From contig BTWA01000004.1 of the NCBI GenBank assembly GCA_045863295.1, positions 224,788-288,787 of the forward strand: a DNA stretch of 64,000 bases, written 5' to 3'. Below are positions 17,330 to 26,889 of the stretch, in pieces. Position 1 is the first letter of the stretch. Each line of letters opens with the position of its first letter. The notes under the pieces are model-generated. The model saw only the letters and a list, made by a program, of their open reading frames with translations. It did no database searches and had not been told where the DNA came from. This DNA is from Candidatus Hydrogenedentota bacterium (GTDB taxonomy: Bacteria; Hydrogenedentota; Hydrogenedentia; Hydrogenedentales; SLHB01). The position numbers and the translations under genes were made by a program.

Positions 17330-19582
17330 TCAAATGGACCAACTTGGCGCGACGTGCATCAGCAAGGCGTTTCGCATGGATTCTCGCGTAATGGGTTTGG
17401 TCACATAGCCGTCCATTCCGGCTTCCCTGCAGCGAATCTCGTCCTCTTTTTGGGCGTGTGCGGTCATGGCGATGATGGGAATGGAACGTTTGTCCTGTGT
17501 CAAGCCGCGAATCGCGGCTGCGGCTTGATAGCCGTCCATCACCGGCATTTGGCAATCCATGAAGACGGCGTCCATTTCAAGGGACTGGATGGCTTCGACG
17601 GCGGCTTTTCCATTTTCGACCACGGTAATATCGCAGCCCATTTTTTCCAGGATTCGCCGGGCGACGTGCTGGTTGACTTCGTTGTCTTCGACCACCAGCA
17701 CTTTCATGCCGGTAAACAAAGGCGATTCGTGCGTGGGCAGGTGGACGAGCGATGTGTCGGTTGTATCGAGGCCTCGCAGTATACGGATGAGCGCACTTTT
17801 CAATTGGGCGTACCGTACCGGCGCGGTAAGGCAAATTCCGTTGTGGAGCCGTGCCAGGTCGGCCACTTGTCCGTGACGGCCTTTGGGTACGATATAGAGC
17901 AAATGCACTCCGGTAAGCAACCGCTGAGCGGGCGGCGGTAGGGCAATTGCAGTGATTGGGTCCAAACGAACGGGTTCGACGACGATGCCGATTCGCCACC
18001 GGCGCGCGGGATCGTCCCCCAATGCGTTCAAGTCTGGAGGCCGTCCGTATCCGTATCCGACGGTATCGTAGAGTAGTCCCCAGTGTTTGAGATAACGCAT
18101 GACCACGTCCGCCTGAACGGGATCGCCGTCCAAAACGAGTATGCGCGGGGCATCGGGGAGGCGTGAGATGCGGGAGCGGATGGCGGCGGACGACTGGAGG
18201 GGCAAGGTGACGCGCACCCAAAAGGTGGAGCCGACGCCGTGTGTGCTGTTGACGCCGACTTCACCGCCCATTTGTTCAGCGAGACCTTTTACGATGGCGA
18301 GTCCCAGTCCGGTTCCGCCGAAGCGTCGCGTGGTAGAGGCATCGGCTTGGGTAAATTCTCGAAACAGCAGATTCATCTGATCGTCCGTCAAGCCAATGCC
18401 GGTATCAGCTACGGCAATCTGGTACGTCACCAGACCGTCGTGGACGCCGTCTGGCCGCACGAAAATCCGGACATGTCCCTCGTGCGCGAACTTCACGGCG
18501 TTGTCGGCGAGGTTGGTGACGATTTGACGCAGCCGCAGCGGGTCTCCCACGACTGCTTCGGGGGCAGCGGGATCGAAGTAAACTGAAAGGGAGAGTCCCT
18601 TGGTTTCCGCACGGAGCGCGACCAATTCGGCGGTTTCTTCGACGAGATCGCGCAGGTTCAGCGGTATGGACTCGAGTTCGATTTTGCCGGCTTCGATCTT
18701 GGTGATATCCAGAATGTCGTTGATAATCCGGAGCAGCGACTGTGCGGATCGATTGATAACGTCGACACAATCTCTTTGTTCGCTGGTGAGTGGACTTTCG
18801 CCAAGCATTTGAGTCATGCCGACGAGCCCGTTCAGCGGCGTGCGCACTTCGTGGCTAACGTTTGCCAGGAAGAGACTTTTCGCGGCGGTCGCTTTCTCGG
18901 CGGTTTCCTTTGCCTGTCTTAGCTCTCTTTCGAATCGCCTCCTTTCGGAGATTTCGCTCGACAGCAAATTGTTCAATTGCGTGAGTTCACGGGTTCGATC
19001 GGTCAATATCCGGAACGACCGCATACGATTCCGCTCAAATACTCCGCACAACACGGCGACTATGAATATGACACCGGTAATGCTCATCAAGGCCATGAGG
19101 CCGGGATGATTGTCGAAATGGGCCGGCGGCACGGGCAACTGTCCATTCACCCCGAGAATGTATAGCGCGGCAACGGCGGCGACGGTCAGTAATGCCCAGA
19201 GTGCGGCCGAAGCAATGCCGGACACTACGGCGGCACACATGGGCACCACAACGAACCACGGAAGATTGGGCGCTTCCAGGCCGCCGCCCGAGTAAGTAAG
19301 GAGGATTTCACAATAGAGAATGCTGGCGCACATGACGCGGGCCGGTATTCGGGTTGAGGTTGAGAACCGCAGGGCGAGCGGCACGAGCACGGGGGCGGGT
19401 GTCATGCTGAGAATGACCCACGCCCCGTATGGATGTTCAAACATCAAATAGATTGGCGAATACACGGCGATCGGGACCAGGAAAACGACTGAGGACCACA
19501 GGATAAGCCGCGCGCGCGCATATTCTTCTGCGTCGCGCTTCATTTGCTTTGGGATGAACCAGTTCCAAAATCCTCGGTACAC
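17330..19582 (-). CDS. Hybrid membrane histidine kinase / response regulator
   Basis: Multi-TM N-terminus, FLANVSHEVRTPLNG, NAVKF, DTGIG, GGTGLGL; C-terminal receiver VEDN..FMDCQMP..KP. Confidence 0.93.
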   Translation of the reverse strand: MYRGFWNWFIPKQMKRDAEEYARARLILWSSVVFLVPIAVYSPIYLMFEHPYGAWVILSMTPAPVLVPLALRFSTSTRIPARVMCASILYCEILLTYSGGGLEAPNLPWFVVVPMCAAVVSGIASAALWALLTVAAVAALYILGVNGQLPVPPAHFDNHPGLMALMSITGVIFIVAVLCGVFERNRMRSFRILTDRTRELTQLNNLLSSEISERRRFERELRQAKETAEKATAAKSLFLANVSHEVRTPLNGLVGMTQMLGESPLTSEQRDCVDVINRSAQSLLRIINDILDITKIEAGKIELESIPLNLRDLVEETAELVALRAETKGLSLSVYFDPAAPEAVVGDPLRLRQIVTNLADNAVKFAHEGHVRIFVRPDGVHDGLVTYQIAVADTGIGLTDDQMNLLFREFTQADASTTRRFGGTGLGLAIVKGLAEQMGGEVGVNSTHGVGSTFWVRVTLPLQSSAAIRSRISRLPDAPRILVLDGDPVQADVVMRYLKHWGLLYDTVGYGYGRPPDLNALGDDPARRWRIGIVVEPVRLDPITAIALPPPAQRLLTGVHLLYIVPKGRHGQVADLARLHNGICLTAPVRYAQLKSALIRILRGLDTTDTSLVHLPTHESPLFTGMKVLVVEDNEVNQHVARRILEKMGCDITVVENGKAAVEAIQSLEMDAVFMDCQMPVMDGYQAAAAIRGLTQDKRSIPIIAMTAHAQKEDEIRCREAGMDGYVTKPITRESMRNALLMHVAPSWSI

Positions 19583-19753
19583 GACTCGCCCTCGCCGGTT
19601 TCCTGCAGGATTGGTGACCGGATTAAGTATACTACGAAATGCGCCAGGCCGCTCACTGGTGGATTTTGCCGTGTTGCGTGGCAGGTCCGTGACAGCAGTT
19701 GGTATACTTTCCGGATTGGGGGCGGACCACTACTACGGCAAGGGAGTACGACA

Positions 19754-21022
19754 ATGAAATCGGGACATATGAAGCGCCGGACATTTCTGAAGGCCGCAGG
19801 CGCGGCAATGTTGACTCCACTGGGTTTCAGTGCGCGAAGCTACGGACAAATTTCGGGCGCCAACAGCCGGTTGAATGTTGGTTTTATCGGATGCGGGGGT
19901 ATGGCGGGTGCACATTTGGGTGCGTTGCTTGCGATGCGCGACGAGGAGAATGTGACAATTTCGACGGTCTGCGACATCTATGAAACGCGTGCCAAACAGT
20001 TTCAGGGGCGTGTCGCGGATCAGGGCGGCCAGGCCACGGTCACGACGGCGTATGAGGCTGTATTGGATGACAAAGACATTGACTATGTCGTAATCGCCAC
20101 GCCCGAACATTCCCACAAGTACCTGACCCTCGACGCCTTGGACGCGGGCAAGCATATATATGTCGAAAAGCCCATGACGCACACGGAACAGGAAGCGCTT
20201 CAGGTGGTGGAACGCACGAAAGAGACTGGCCTGAAGGTGCAGGTAGGCGTGCAGGCCATGGCCGACGACAGCTATTCCAGCGCATACGCGGCGATCAAGG
20301 CGGGCAAGATCGGCCCCGTTGTGCAGGCGCAAATCGATTACGTGCGCAATTACGCGGATAATGAGGGGCCTTGGCGCACGGGGGTGAAATCGGACATGCC
20401 CAAGCCTGCCGATTTGGATTGGGAGACGTGGTTGTATCCCGCCAAGAAGCGGCCGTGGGACCCGCATCGCTATTTTGAATGGCGGAATTACCGGGATTAT
20501 TCGGGCGGAGTTGCAACGGACCTGTTCATCCATCGCATCACGCGCATCATCCGGGCGTGTGGCCTGACGTTTCCCCGGCGCGCGGTGGGCATGGGCGATA
20601 TTACGATCTGGCCCGATGGACGAGAGCTTCCGGACAATTTTGAAATGCTGCTTGAATATCCGGCTGTGGAAGGTATCACGCCGGGGATGTCGGTCTACAT
20701 TCTTGGAACCATGGCCAATGCGCGGAGCAATCCTCATTATATTCGAGGCAAGAAGGGCACGCTTCAATTCACGGGGAAGGGTTGGGACATCCTCTCTGAA
20801 GAGGGTGGAGAGATTGTCGAGTCTCATGTGAAAACGGGCGGCGAGGATGTGGTGCCGCATCACAAGAACCATCACGCCGCGATTCGCGACGGCGCGGAGT
20901 TGAATTGCCCTGTAGAACTGGGGCTTTACGGCGTGGTGGCGGTGTGCATGGGCAATAATTCGTGGTTTGACCGTCGCATGATGGAATGGGACTATAAGCG
21001 CAACCGGATCAAGAAAGCCTGA
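19754..21022 (+). CDS. Gfo/Idh/MocA oxidoreductase with Tat signal
   Basis: KRRTFLK twin-arginine motif, GFIGCGG, IATPEH, YVEKP. Confidence 0.9.
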   Translation: MKSGHMKRRTFLKAAGAAMLTPLGFSARSYGQISGANSRLNVGFIGCGGMAGAHLGALLAMRDEENVTISTVCDIYETRAKQFQGRVADQGGQATVTTAYEAVLDDKDIDYVVIATPEHSHKYLTLDALDAGKHIYVEKPMTHTEQEALQVVERTKETGLKVQVGVQAMADDSYSSAYAAIKAGKIGPVVQAQIDYVRNYADNEGPWRTGVKSDMPKPADLDWETWLYPAKKRPWDPHRYFEWRNYRDYSGGVATDLFIHRITRIIRACGLTFPRRAVGMGDITIWPDGRELPDNFEMLLEYPAVEGITPGMSVYILGTMANARSNPHYIRGKKGTLQFTGKGWDILSEEGGEIVESHVKTGGEDVVPHHKNHHAAIRDGAELNCPVELGLYGVVAVCMGNNSWFDRRMMEWDYKRNRIKKA

Positions 21023-21030
21023 AACGAAGC

Positions 21031-22059
21031 ATGAATTCACGACGACTTCCCGCGGAATGGGAGCCGCAATCGGGCGCGCAGTTGGTCTGGCCCCGCACCA
21101 TGCCGTTCTGGGAAAACTGCATGGACCGGGTGGAGGGGTGTTTCGCGGCGATAGCTCGAGAGATTGCGCGACGCGAGACGTTGATCATGGCATGCCGCAA
21201 CGGGCGCGTGACCGCCGACGCGTTAGCCATGCACGGCGTGAACATGGCTGCTGTGCGGCTTTTTGAATTGGAGTACGACGATGCATGGAGCCGCGATCAT
21301 GGCGGTATCACGATTCTTGAAGACGGTGCGCCCGTTATTCTGGACTTTACTTTCGATGGTTGGGGCGGGAAATACGCCAGCGCACGCGACAACGCTCTAA
21401 CAGAGCGTCTGCACATGGCGGGTGCCTTTGGGCACACACCGCTTCGCCCAGTTCCACTCACCCTGGAAGGGGGATCCATCGACGTGGACGGCGCGGGCAC
21501 GATGCTGACAACCTCTGCCTGTCTGTTGCATGGGCACCGCAATCCGCACTTGGACAAGACGGGCGTTGAGTCGGCCATCCAGGAATCGTTGGGGGTTGAT
21601 CGGGTGTTATGGCTGGAACATGGTTATCTGGCGGGTGACGACACGGACAGTCACGTGGATGTACTGGCCCGGTTCTGTGCGCGTGACGCGATCACCTATG
21701 TGCGTTGTGACGATGCCGGGGATGAACACTACGAGGCGTTGTCGGCCATGGAACGCGAACTGCAATCATTTCGCACGCGGGGCGGCGAGCCCTATGTGTT
21801 GCATCCGTTGCCATGGCCGGATGCGTGTTACGATGGAGATGGGCAACGGGTGCCGGCGTCGTATGCGAATTTTCTTGTAATCAATGGCGCGGTATTGGCA
21901 CCGGTCTATGGGGTGAAGCAGGATGAAGACGCGCTTCGCGCGCTTGAAGGCGCGTTTCCCGGCCGTGAGATCGTACCGTTGGATTGCAGTAGTCTGATAC
22001 TTGAACACGGTTCGCTGCATTGCGTGACCATGCAGTTTCCCTTGGGAGTCGAATTATGA
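21031..22059 (+). CDS. aguA: Agmatine deiminase / Porphyromonas-type PAD family
   Basis: PAEWE, DAWSRDHG, LEGGSI, DDTDSHVD, ASYANF and GSLHC (catalytic Cys). Confidence 0.85.
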   Translation: MNSRRLPAEWEPQSGAQLVWPRTMPFWENCMDRVEGCFAAIAREIARRETLIMACRNGRVTADALAMHGVNMAAVRLFELEYDDAWSRDHGGITILEDGAPVILDFTFDGWGGKYASARDNALTERLHMAGAFGHTPLRPVPLTLEGGSIDVDGAGTMLTTSACLLHGHRNPHLDKTGVESAIQESLGVDRVLWLEHGYLAGDDTDSHVDVLARFCARDAITYVRCDDAGDEHYEALSAMERELQSFRTRGGEPYVLHPLPWPDACYDGDGQRVPASYANFLVINGAVLAPVYGVKQDEDALRALEGAFPGREIVPLDCSSLILEHGSLHCVTMQFPLGVEL

Positions 22060-22943
22060 GCACACCGTTGAAGGTGGCGCTGGTGCAACAATCCTGTGGT
22101 CTGAACCGTGCGGCCAATCTTGAGGCTTCTTGCCGTTGCATCCTTGAGGCGGCTGCTGAAGGCGCGCGTCTCGTAGTGCTTCAGGAACTTCATACGGGCC
22201 CGTATTTTTGTCAAACAGAGGACACGTCCGTCTTTGACTGGGCGGAGCCGATACCGGGCCCTTCATGCGAACGCTTGAGCCGTGCCGCCGAGGATGCTTC
22301 GGCGGTGGTTGTCGCTTCGCTGTTTGAACGCCGTGCGCCGGGCATTTATCACAATACCGCGGTCGTATTCGATAAGGACGGGACCCTGGCGGGGAAGTAC
22401 CGGAAGATGCACATTCCGGACGATCCTGGTTTTTATGAGAAATTCTATTTTACGCCCGGCGATCTCGGATTCGAACCGATTGACACATCTGTGGGCCGTC
22501 TGGGGGTGTTGGTGTGTTGGGACCAGTGGTTTCCCGAGGCCGCGCGGGCGATGGCGTTGCGCGGCGCGGAGTTGTTGATTTATCCAACGGCGATTGGATG
22601 GACTCCTTCGGACGCCCAGGATGAGAAAGACCGGCAACGTGAAGCGTGGACCCTTTCGCAACGCGCGCATGCGGTGGCGAACGGCATGCCGGTCTTGTCG
22701 GTGAACCGTGTGGGGCACGAATTGGATTTCTCGGGCGCCACTGACGGGATTCAATTCTGGGGTTCGAGTTTTGTTGCGGGGCCGCAAGGCGAGATCCTTG
22801 CGATGGCATCCCCGGACAGGGAACAAACATTGATGGTGGAAATAGACAGGGCGCGCACGGAAGCCGTGCGAAGGATATGGCCTTTTTTCCGCGATCGGCG
22901 AATCGACGCCTATCAAACGATCCAGAAGCGGTTTGACGACTGA
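22056..22943 (+). CDS. aguB: N-carbamoylputrescine amidase (carbon-nitrogen hydrolase)
   Basis: E-K-C triad in LQELH, YRKMHIP, VCWDQWFPE; ATGA overlap with aguA. Confidence 0.85.
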   Translation: MSTPLKVALVQQSCGLNRAANLEASCRCILEAAAEGARLVVLQELHTGPYFCQTEDTSVFDWAEPIPGPSCERLSRAAEDASAVVVASLFERRAPGIYHNTAVVFDKDGTLAGKYRKMHIPDDPGFYEKFYFTPGDLGFEPIDTSVGRLGVLVCWDQWFPEAARAMALRGAELLIYPTAIGWTPSDAQDEKDRQREAWTLSQRAHAVANGMPVLSVNRVGHELDFSGATDGIQFWGSSFVAGPQGEILAMASPDREQTLMVEIDRARTEAVRRIWPFFRDRRIDAYQTIQKRFDD

Positions 22944-23006
22944 TTTCGGGCGGTGGTCACCGCCTTGAACATGATTTGTAGCTGCACTGAACCGGAGGAT
23001 TATGCG

Positions 23007-23585
23007 ATGAAGGTTGGATTGCGTCTTTGTGCGGTATTTGCGATTGTGGCTGGATTCTCCGTGGCTCGGGCCGCGGAGTATGAACTTGATGCGGTTCATT
23101 CGACTTTTGTATTTGAAGTCGGCCATATGGGCGTGGGCGTAACGGTGGGCCGGTTTAATGATTCCAAGGGCACGTTTGAATTTGATGCGGCCACAAAGTC
23201 GCTGGACAAAATTGACGTAGCCGTTCAGACAGGCAGTGTGGACACAGCGAACGAGGCTCGGGACTCGCACCTCAAGAACGAAGACTTTTTCGACGTGAAC
23301 ACGTTTCCCACGATGTCTTTCAAGAGCACGTCTGTAAAGGCAAAAGACGAAGGTTATTCCGTGACGGGTGACTTTACCCTGCATGGCGTGACGAAGGAGA
23401 TTGTAATCGATGTCGCCTTTATTGGCGCGGCCAAGGGGCATCAGGGCGAGGATCGCGTTGGGTTCACTACAGAATTTCAGATCAAGCGGTCCGAATACGG
23501 CATGGACAAATTGATTCCCGGCGCCAGCGACGAAGTCACCATACGTGTCGCAGTGGAAGGAACATCGGGCGGCAAGAAGGCATAG
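23007..23585 (+). CDS. YceI-family periplasmic lipid-binding protein
   Basis: Signal peptide, LDAVHS, RDSHLKNEDFFD, GDFTLHGVTK. Confidence 0.9.
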   Translation: MKVGLRLCAVFAIVAGFSVARAAEYELDAVHSTFVFEVGHMGVGVTVGRFNDSKGTFEFDAATKSLDKIDVAVQTGSVDTANEARDSHLKNEDFFDVNTFPTMSFKSTSVKAKDEGYSVTGDFTLHGVTKEIVIDVAFIGAAKGHQGEDRVGFTTEFQIKRSEYGMDKLIPGASDEVTIRVAVEGTSGGKKA

Positions 23586-23615
23586 GCTACGCCGAACCCG
23601 CAGGAGGGTACGGGG

Positions 23616-24155
23616 ATGAGCGGTGATCTGAATGTTTCCAAAGGCAACACACCGGACTACATAAACGATTTGATTTCGTACCTTGGCGATCGCGAGCCAA
23701 TGGCGGTTATGGCCAAGACTCACGATGCGCTGGATGCCGCGACCACGAACCTGACCATCAACCAATTGCGCACGCCCGAGCGGGAGGGAAAGTGGTCGAT
23801 TATCGAGGTGGTCCAACATCTTGCCGATACGGAGATTGCCTTGGCATTCCGTTACCGGAAGATCCTGGCGGAGCCCAATCCTGATATTCAGGCATACGAT
23901 CAGGATCTCTGGGCGCGGAATCTGCACTATCCGGACGCGGTTTTGGACGACGCCTTGGACCAATTTGACGCGCTTCGAAAGGCCAACTTGCGTTTATTGG
24001 AATCCCAATCGCCGGAATCGCTAGAGCGTTGGGGTATGCACTCCGAGCGCGGACGCGAGTCTGTCGCAGATATCGTGCGCCTGTATGCCGCCCACGACTG
24101 TTACCATCTGCACCAGATTGACCGCATTAAGGCGGCGCTCAGGCAGACGGACTAG
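23616..24155 (+). CDS. DinB family protein
   Basis: GKWSIIEVVQHLADTE, YDQDLWA, HSERG, AHDCYHLHQI. Confidence 0.88.
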   Translation: MSGDLNVSKGNTPDYINDLISYLGDREPMAVMAKTHDALDAATTNLTINQLRTPEREGKWSIIEVVQHLADTEIALAFRYRKILAEPNPDIQAYDQDLWARNLHYPDAVLDDALDQFDALRKANLRLLESQSPESLERWGMHSERGRESVADIVRLYAAHDCYHLHQIDRIKAALRQTD

Positions 24156-24159
24156 ATTG

Positions 24160-24194
24160 AAAAAAGATCGGGCGGACACTGGTGTCCGCCCGAT
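24160..24194 (-). terminator. Rho-independent terminator of the nfeD-floA operon (possibly bidirectional)
   Basis: ATCGGGCGGACAC-TG-GTGTCCGCCCGAT inverted repeat next to an A6 run (U-tract on the minus strand). Confidence 0.75.
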
Positions 24195-24224
24195 TGATTG
24201 AAACCGTTCTTTTGGTTCGCGCAA

Positions 24225-24953
24225 TCAGCGTCCGGTAGTCTCCCAGGGATCCGCCTCCAATCCTCGCATCGACTTTGGGGGGCCGAGAATTTCTGAATAC
24301 AGCACAGCCTTGCGCACGTCGCCCGCGTTTGCGAACAGCAGAGCGAGGCCTCGAGGCCTAGGCTCCACCTGCCTGAACACACCTTCCTTGTGCACAGGGT
24401 GATCGCGCAAATCTGGTTTGCGCTGTGGCGTTCGCTGCGTTGGTTGCGCTTTGGACTGGCGGCGGCTGCGGTCTTGGCTTGGCCTTGGCTGCATCGGCGC
24501 CATTTCAACGCGTTCCTGGCGCACCTGTTGCGGGTGTTGCTGCACTTCCCTCGGAATCTGGCGCGGGGATTCCTGTGCGACAGCGCGTCGCACTTCACCC
24601 GGAATCTGGCGGGGGACCTCGGGAGGTCTTGCTGGCGATGCCTCACGCCGTTGGATTGGCCGGGGCCTCGCACGGCGCGGATCGGTCGCTACCGGTGTGG
24701 GCCTGCGAGGCTGTGCCGTGGGTTGGATCGGTGGCGGCGCTGAACGGCTTTCCGGGTGTCGAGGCCGCGCCACCGGCGCACCGGGCTCGTCGTCGCCGAA
24801 CAGCATTCGGCGCACGGGCTCGGGCAAATCTTCGGGACGGAATTCGGGCGTTTCACCCTGACGGCGCTGAATGTCACGTTGTTCGTGAATCTTTCGCGCG
24901 ACGGCGATCACGGCCATGCCGATGAAGAGTAGAAACGGTAGCAGGCCTTCCAC
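24225..24953 (-). CDS. Membrane-anchored Pro/Arg/Gln-rich protein, YqfB-like partner of FloA
   Basis: N-terminal TM, disordered middle, C-terminal VRKAVLYSEILGPPK motif typical of floA-downstream genes. Confidence 0.7.
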   Translation of the reverse strand: MEGLLPFLLFIGMAVIAVARKIHEQRDIQRRQGETPEFRPEDLPEPVRRMLFGDDEPGAPVARPRHPESRSAPPPIQPTAQPRRPTPVATDPRRARPRPIQRREASPARPPEVPRQIPGEVRRAVAQESPRQIPREVQQHPQQVRQERVEMAPMQPRPSQDRSRRQSKAQPTQRTPQRKPDLRDHPVHKEGVFRQVEPRPRGLALLFANAGDVRKAVLYSEILGPPKSMRGLEADPWETTGR

Positions 24954-24993
24954 GGCTTTCTCCCGGGTAAAGTTGCTTCACAAGTGCCGGCGA

Positions 24994-25995
24994 CTACCTC
25001 TTGGGCTGCTGGTCATCGAGTTTCGCGATGGATTCGCGCATTCCGGTGTCGGCCATCACGTTCTTCATGCGGTAATAGTCCATGATTCCCATATTACCGC
25101 TTCGGAACGCATCGGCCATGGCGCGGGGCACTTCCGCTTCCGCCTCGACCACGCGGGCCTGCATCTCGACGACTTGAGCGCGCATTTCTTGTTCGCGCGC
25201 GACGGCCATGGCACGGCGCTCTTCCGCGCGGGCTTGTGCGATTTGCTTGTCGGCTTCGGCCTGTTTGGTTTGAAGTTGCGCGCCGATGTTATCGCCGACA
25301 TTAATGTCGGCGATGTCAATAGAGAGGATTTCAAATGCGGTGCCCGCGTCCAGTCCGCGTTGCAGCACGGTTTTGGAAATTTTGTTCGGGTTTTCGAGCA
25401 CTTCCTTGTGCGAAGCCGAGGAGCCGATCGTGCTCACGATACCCTCGCCCACGCGGGCGATGATGGTTTCTTCCGTCGCGCCGCCGACGAGGGTGTTGAT
25501 GTTGGTGCGCACGGTCACGCGGGCGCGCGCCTTGAGCTGGATACCGTCCATGGCGACAGCGGCGACGGTATTGCCAACGCCCGCGGTCGGGCTCGGACAA
25601 TCGATGACCTTTGGGTTAACGGACGTTTGCACGGCATCCAGGATATCCCGGCCGGCGAGATCGATGGCGGTGGCGCGCTGAAAGGTGAGCGGAATGTTCG
25701 CTTTGCTCGCGGCGATGAGCGCCTGCACCACACGCACGGGATTGCCACCGGCCAGATAGTGCGCTTCGAGTTCGTCGGTGCTGATCATCAAGCCTGCTTT
25801 TGCGGCGTTAATCCGGCTTTGCACGATAACCGACGGGTTTACCTTGCGCAGGCGCATGGCCACCAGGCTCCATATTCCAACGTATGCGCCGGACAGCCAT
25901 GCCTGGAGCCATAGGTTGAAGAAGTTGAAGATGATGATGAAGAAGACGATGATCGCGATGATCCCGACAATCGTTAGAATCAAGCCGATTTCCAT
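24994..25995 (-). CDS. floA: Flotillin-like protein FloA (YqfA/UPF0365)
   Basis: [53 protein letters not shown]. Confidence 0.95.
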   Translation of the reverse strand: MEIGLILTIVGIIAIIVFFIIIFNFFNLWLQAWLSGAYVGIWSLVAMRLRKVNPSVIVQSRINAAKAGLMISTDELEAHYLAGGNPVRVVQALIAASKANIPLTFQRATAIDLAGRDILDAVQTSVNPKVIDCPSPTAGVGNTVAAVAMDGIQLKARARVTVRTNINTLVGGATEETIIARVGEGIVSTIGSSASHKEVLENPNKISKTVLQRGLDAGTAFEILSIDIADINVGDNIGAQLQTKQAEADKQIAQARAEERRAMAVAREQEMRAQVVEMQARVVEAEAEVPRAMADAFRSGNMGIMDYYRMKNVMADTGMRESIAKLDDQQPKR

Positions 25996-26088
25996 GCGTC
26001 AATTCCCTTCCGGATATTCCGATTTTTGATTTTTGCCCGTTTCCGCGCAACGATCCGCGGGCGCGCGTAGCAAGATAGAACTGTGTTG

Positions 26089-26580
26089 CTACGCCCGCAT
26101 GGCGGCGTCTTCGTGCGCTCGTTCAACCACCACGCGGTTGCCGTGCACTTCCACGACTCGCACCATGGTGCCTTCCTCAATATAGTCGCCATTCGTCACC
26201 GCGCCCACGCGTTCGTCTCGCAACACGATAGTTCCAGACGGGCGTAGCGGGGTGTATGCTTTTCCGAGCGCACCCAGCCATTCCTGGCGCGATTCGTCGG
26301 AGACGTAGCCTTCCTCGTTGTTCTGCGTGGCGGAAAGCACCATATGACTTGCGAAGCGCGTTCGCGGCAGCATATAGATTCCCGCACACACGCTGACGGC
26401 TGCGCCGAAGATTTCGCCGACAACGATAAGGTACCAGAGATCGGGATACGAATACACGCCCACGCCGCCGCTGACGATGAGCATCAGGATGCCCAAGCCG
26501 CCGCATATTCCGCCTGGCATGATGAATTCCAGCAGCAGCAATGAGATTCCGAGCACGAAAAAGACCAAGGTCCAGAGCAT
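26089..26580 (-). CDS. NfeD family protein, short form (TM plus OB-fold)
   Basis: LEFIMPGG TM segment; G.AYTPLRPSG...VVEVHGNRVVV. Confidence 0.88.
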   Translation of the reverse strand: MLWTLVFFVLGISLLLLEFIMPGGICGGLGILMLIVSGGVGVYSYPDLWYLIVVGEIFGAAVSVCAGIYMLPRTRFASHMVLSATQNNEEGYVSDESRQEWLGALGKAYTPLRPSGTIVLRDERVGAVTNGDYIEEGTMVRVVEVHGNRVVVERAHEDAAMRA

Positions 26581-26888
26581 TATGCGTTTGCCTCTTTTGT
26601 ATCCGCCAATGCGCCGAGCAATGCGATGAGCTGGCCACTTTCCACGCGAATTCCTTGAAGCACGTTGCCTTTGTAATTCGGGTCTTTGGGATCCGATTCT
26701 TCCGCGGTATCGAACGTAGCGATAAGCGGATTTCGATCCGAAAAGAGTTTTTGAGCCTCTGTGAGCAACTTGTTATAGCGTTTTGCGAAAGGCACGACGC
26801 TGTAGTAGCCAGCACCCTGTTGTTGAATGGCGCGCATGTCTTCCAGAAGTTGGGTCAACATTCGGATGATTGCCAGTCGCATGTCCAT
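26580..26888 (-). CDS. Hypothetical helical protein (102 aa)
   Basis: Fills the gap exactly: ATG 1 nt after the upstream stop and TAATG overlap with the next gene. Confidence 0.8.
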   Translation of the reverse strand: MDMRLAIIRMLTQLLEDMRAIQQQGAGYYSVVPFAKRYNKLLTEAQKLFSDRNPLIATFDTAEESDPKDPNYKGNVLQGIRVESGQLIALLGALADTKEANA

Positions 26889-26889
26889 G

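Noticed and set aside
16450..22943. Glutaminyl cyclase and aguAB as members of the amidoligase system
   Set aside because: They share an amide-nitrogen theme but sit in separate transcription units, and I saw no sigma54 element upstream of them; proximity alone is not evidence.
22263..23963. 566-aa minus-strand ORF
   Set aside because: Antisense shadow of aguB, yceI and dinB.
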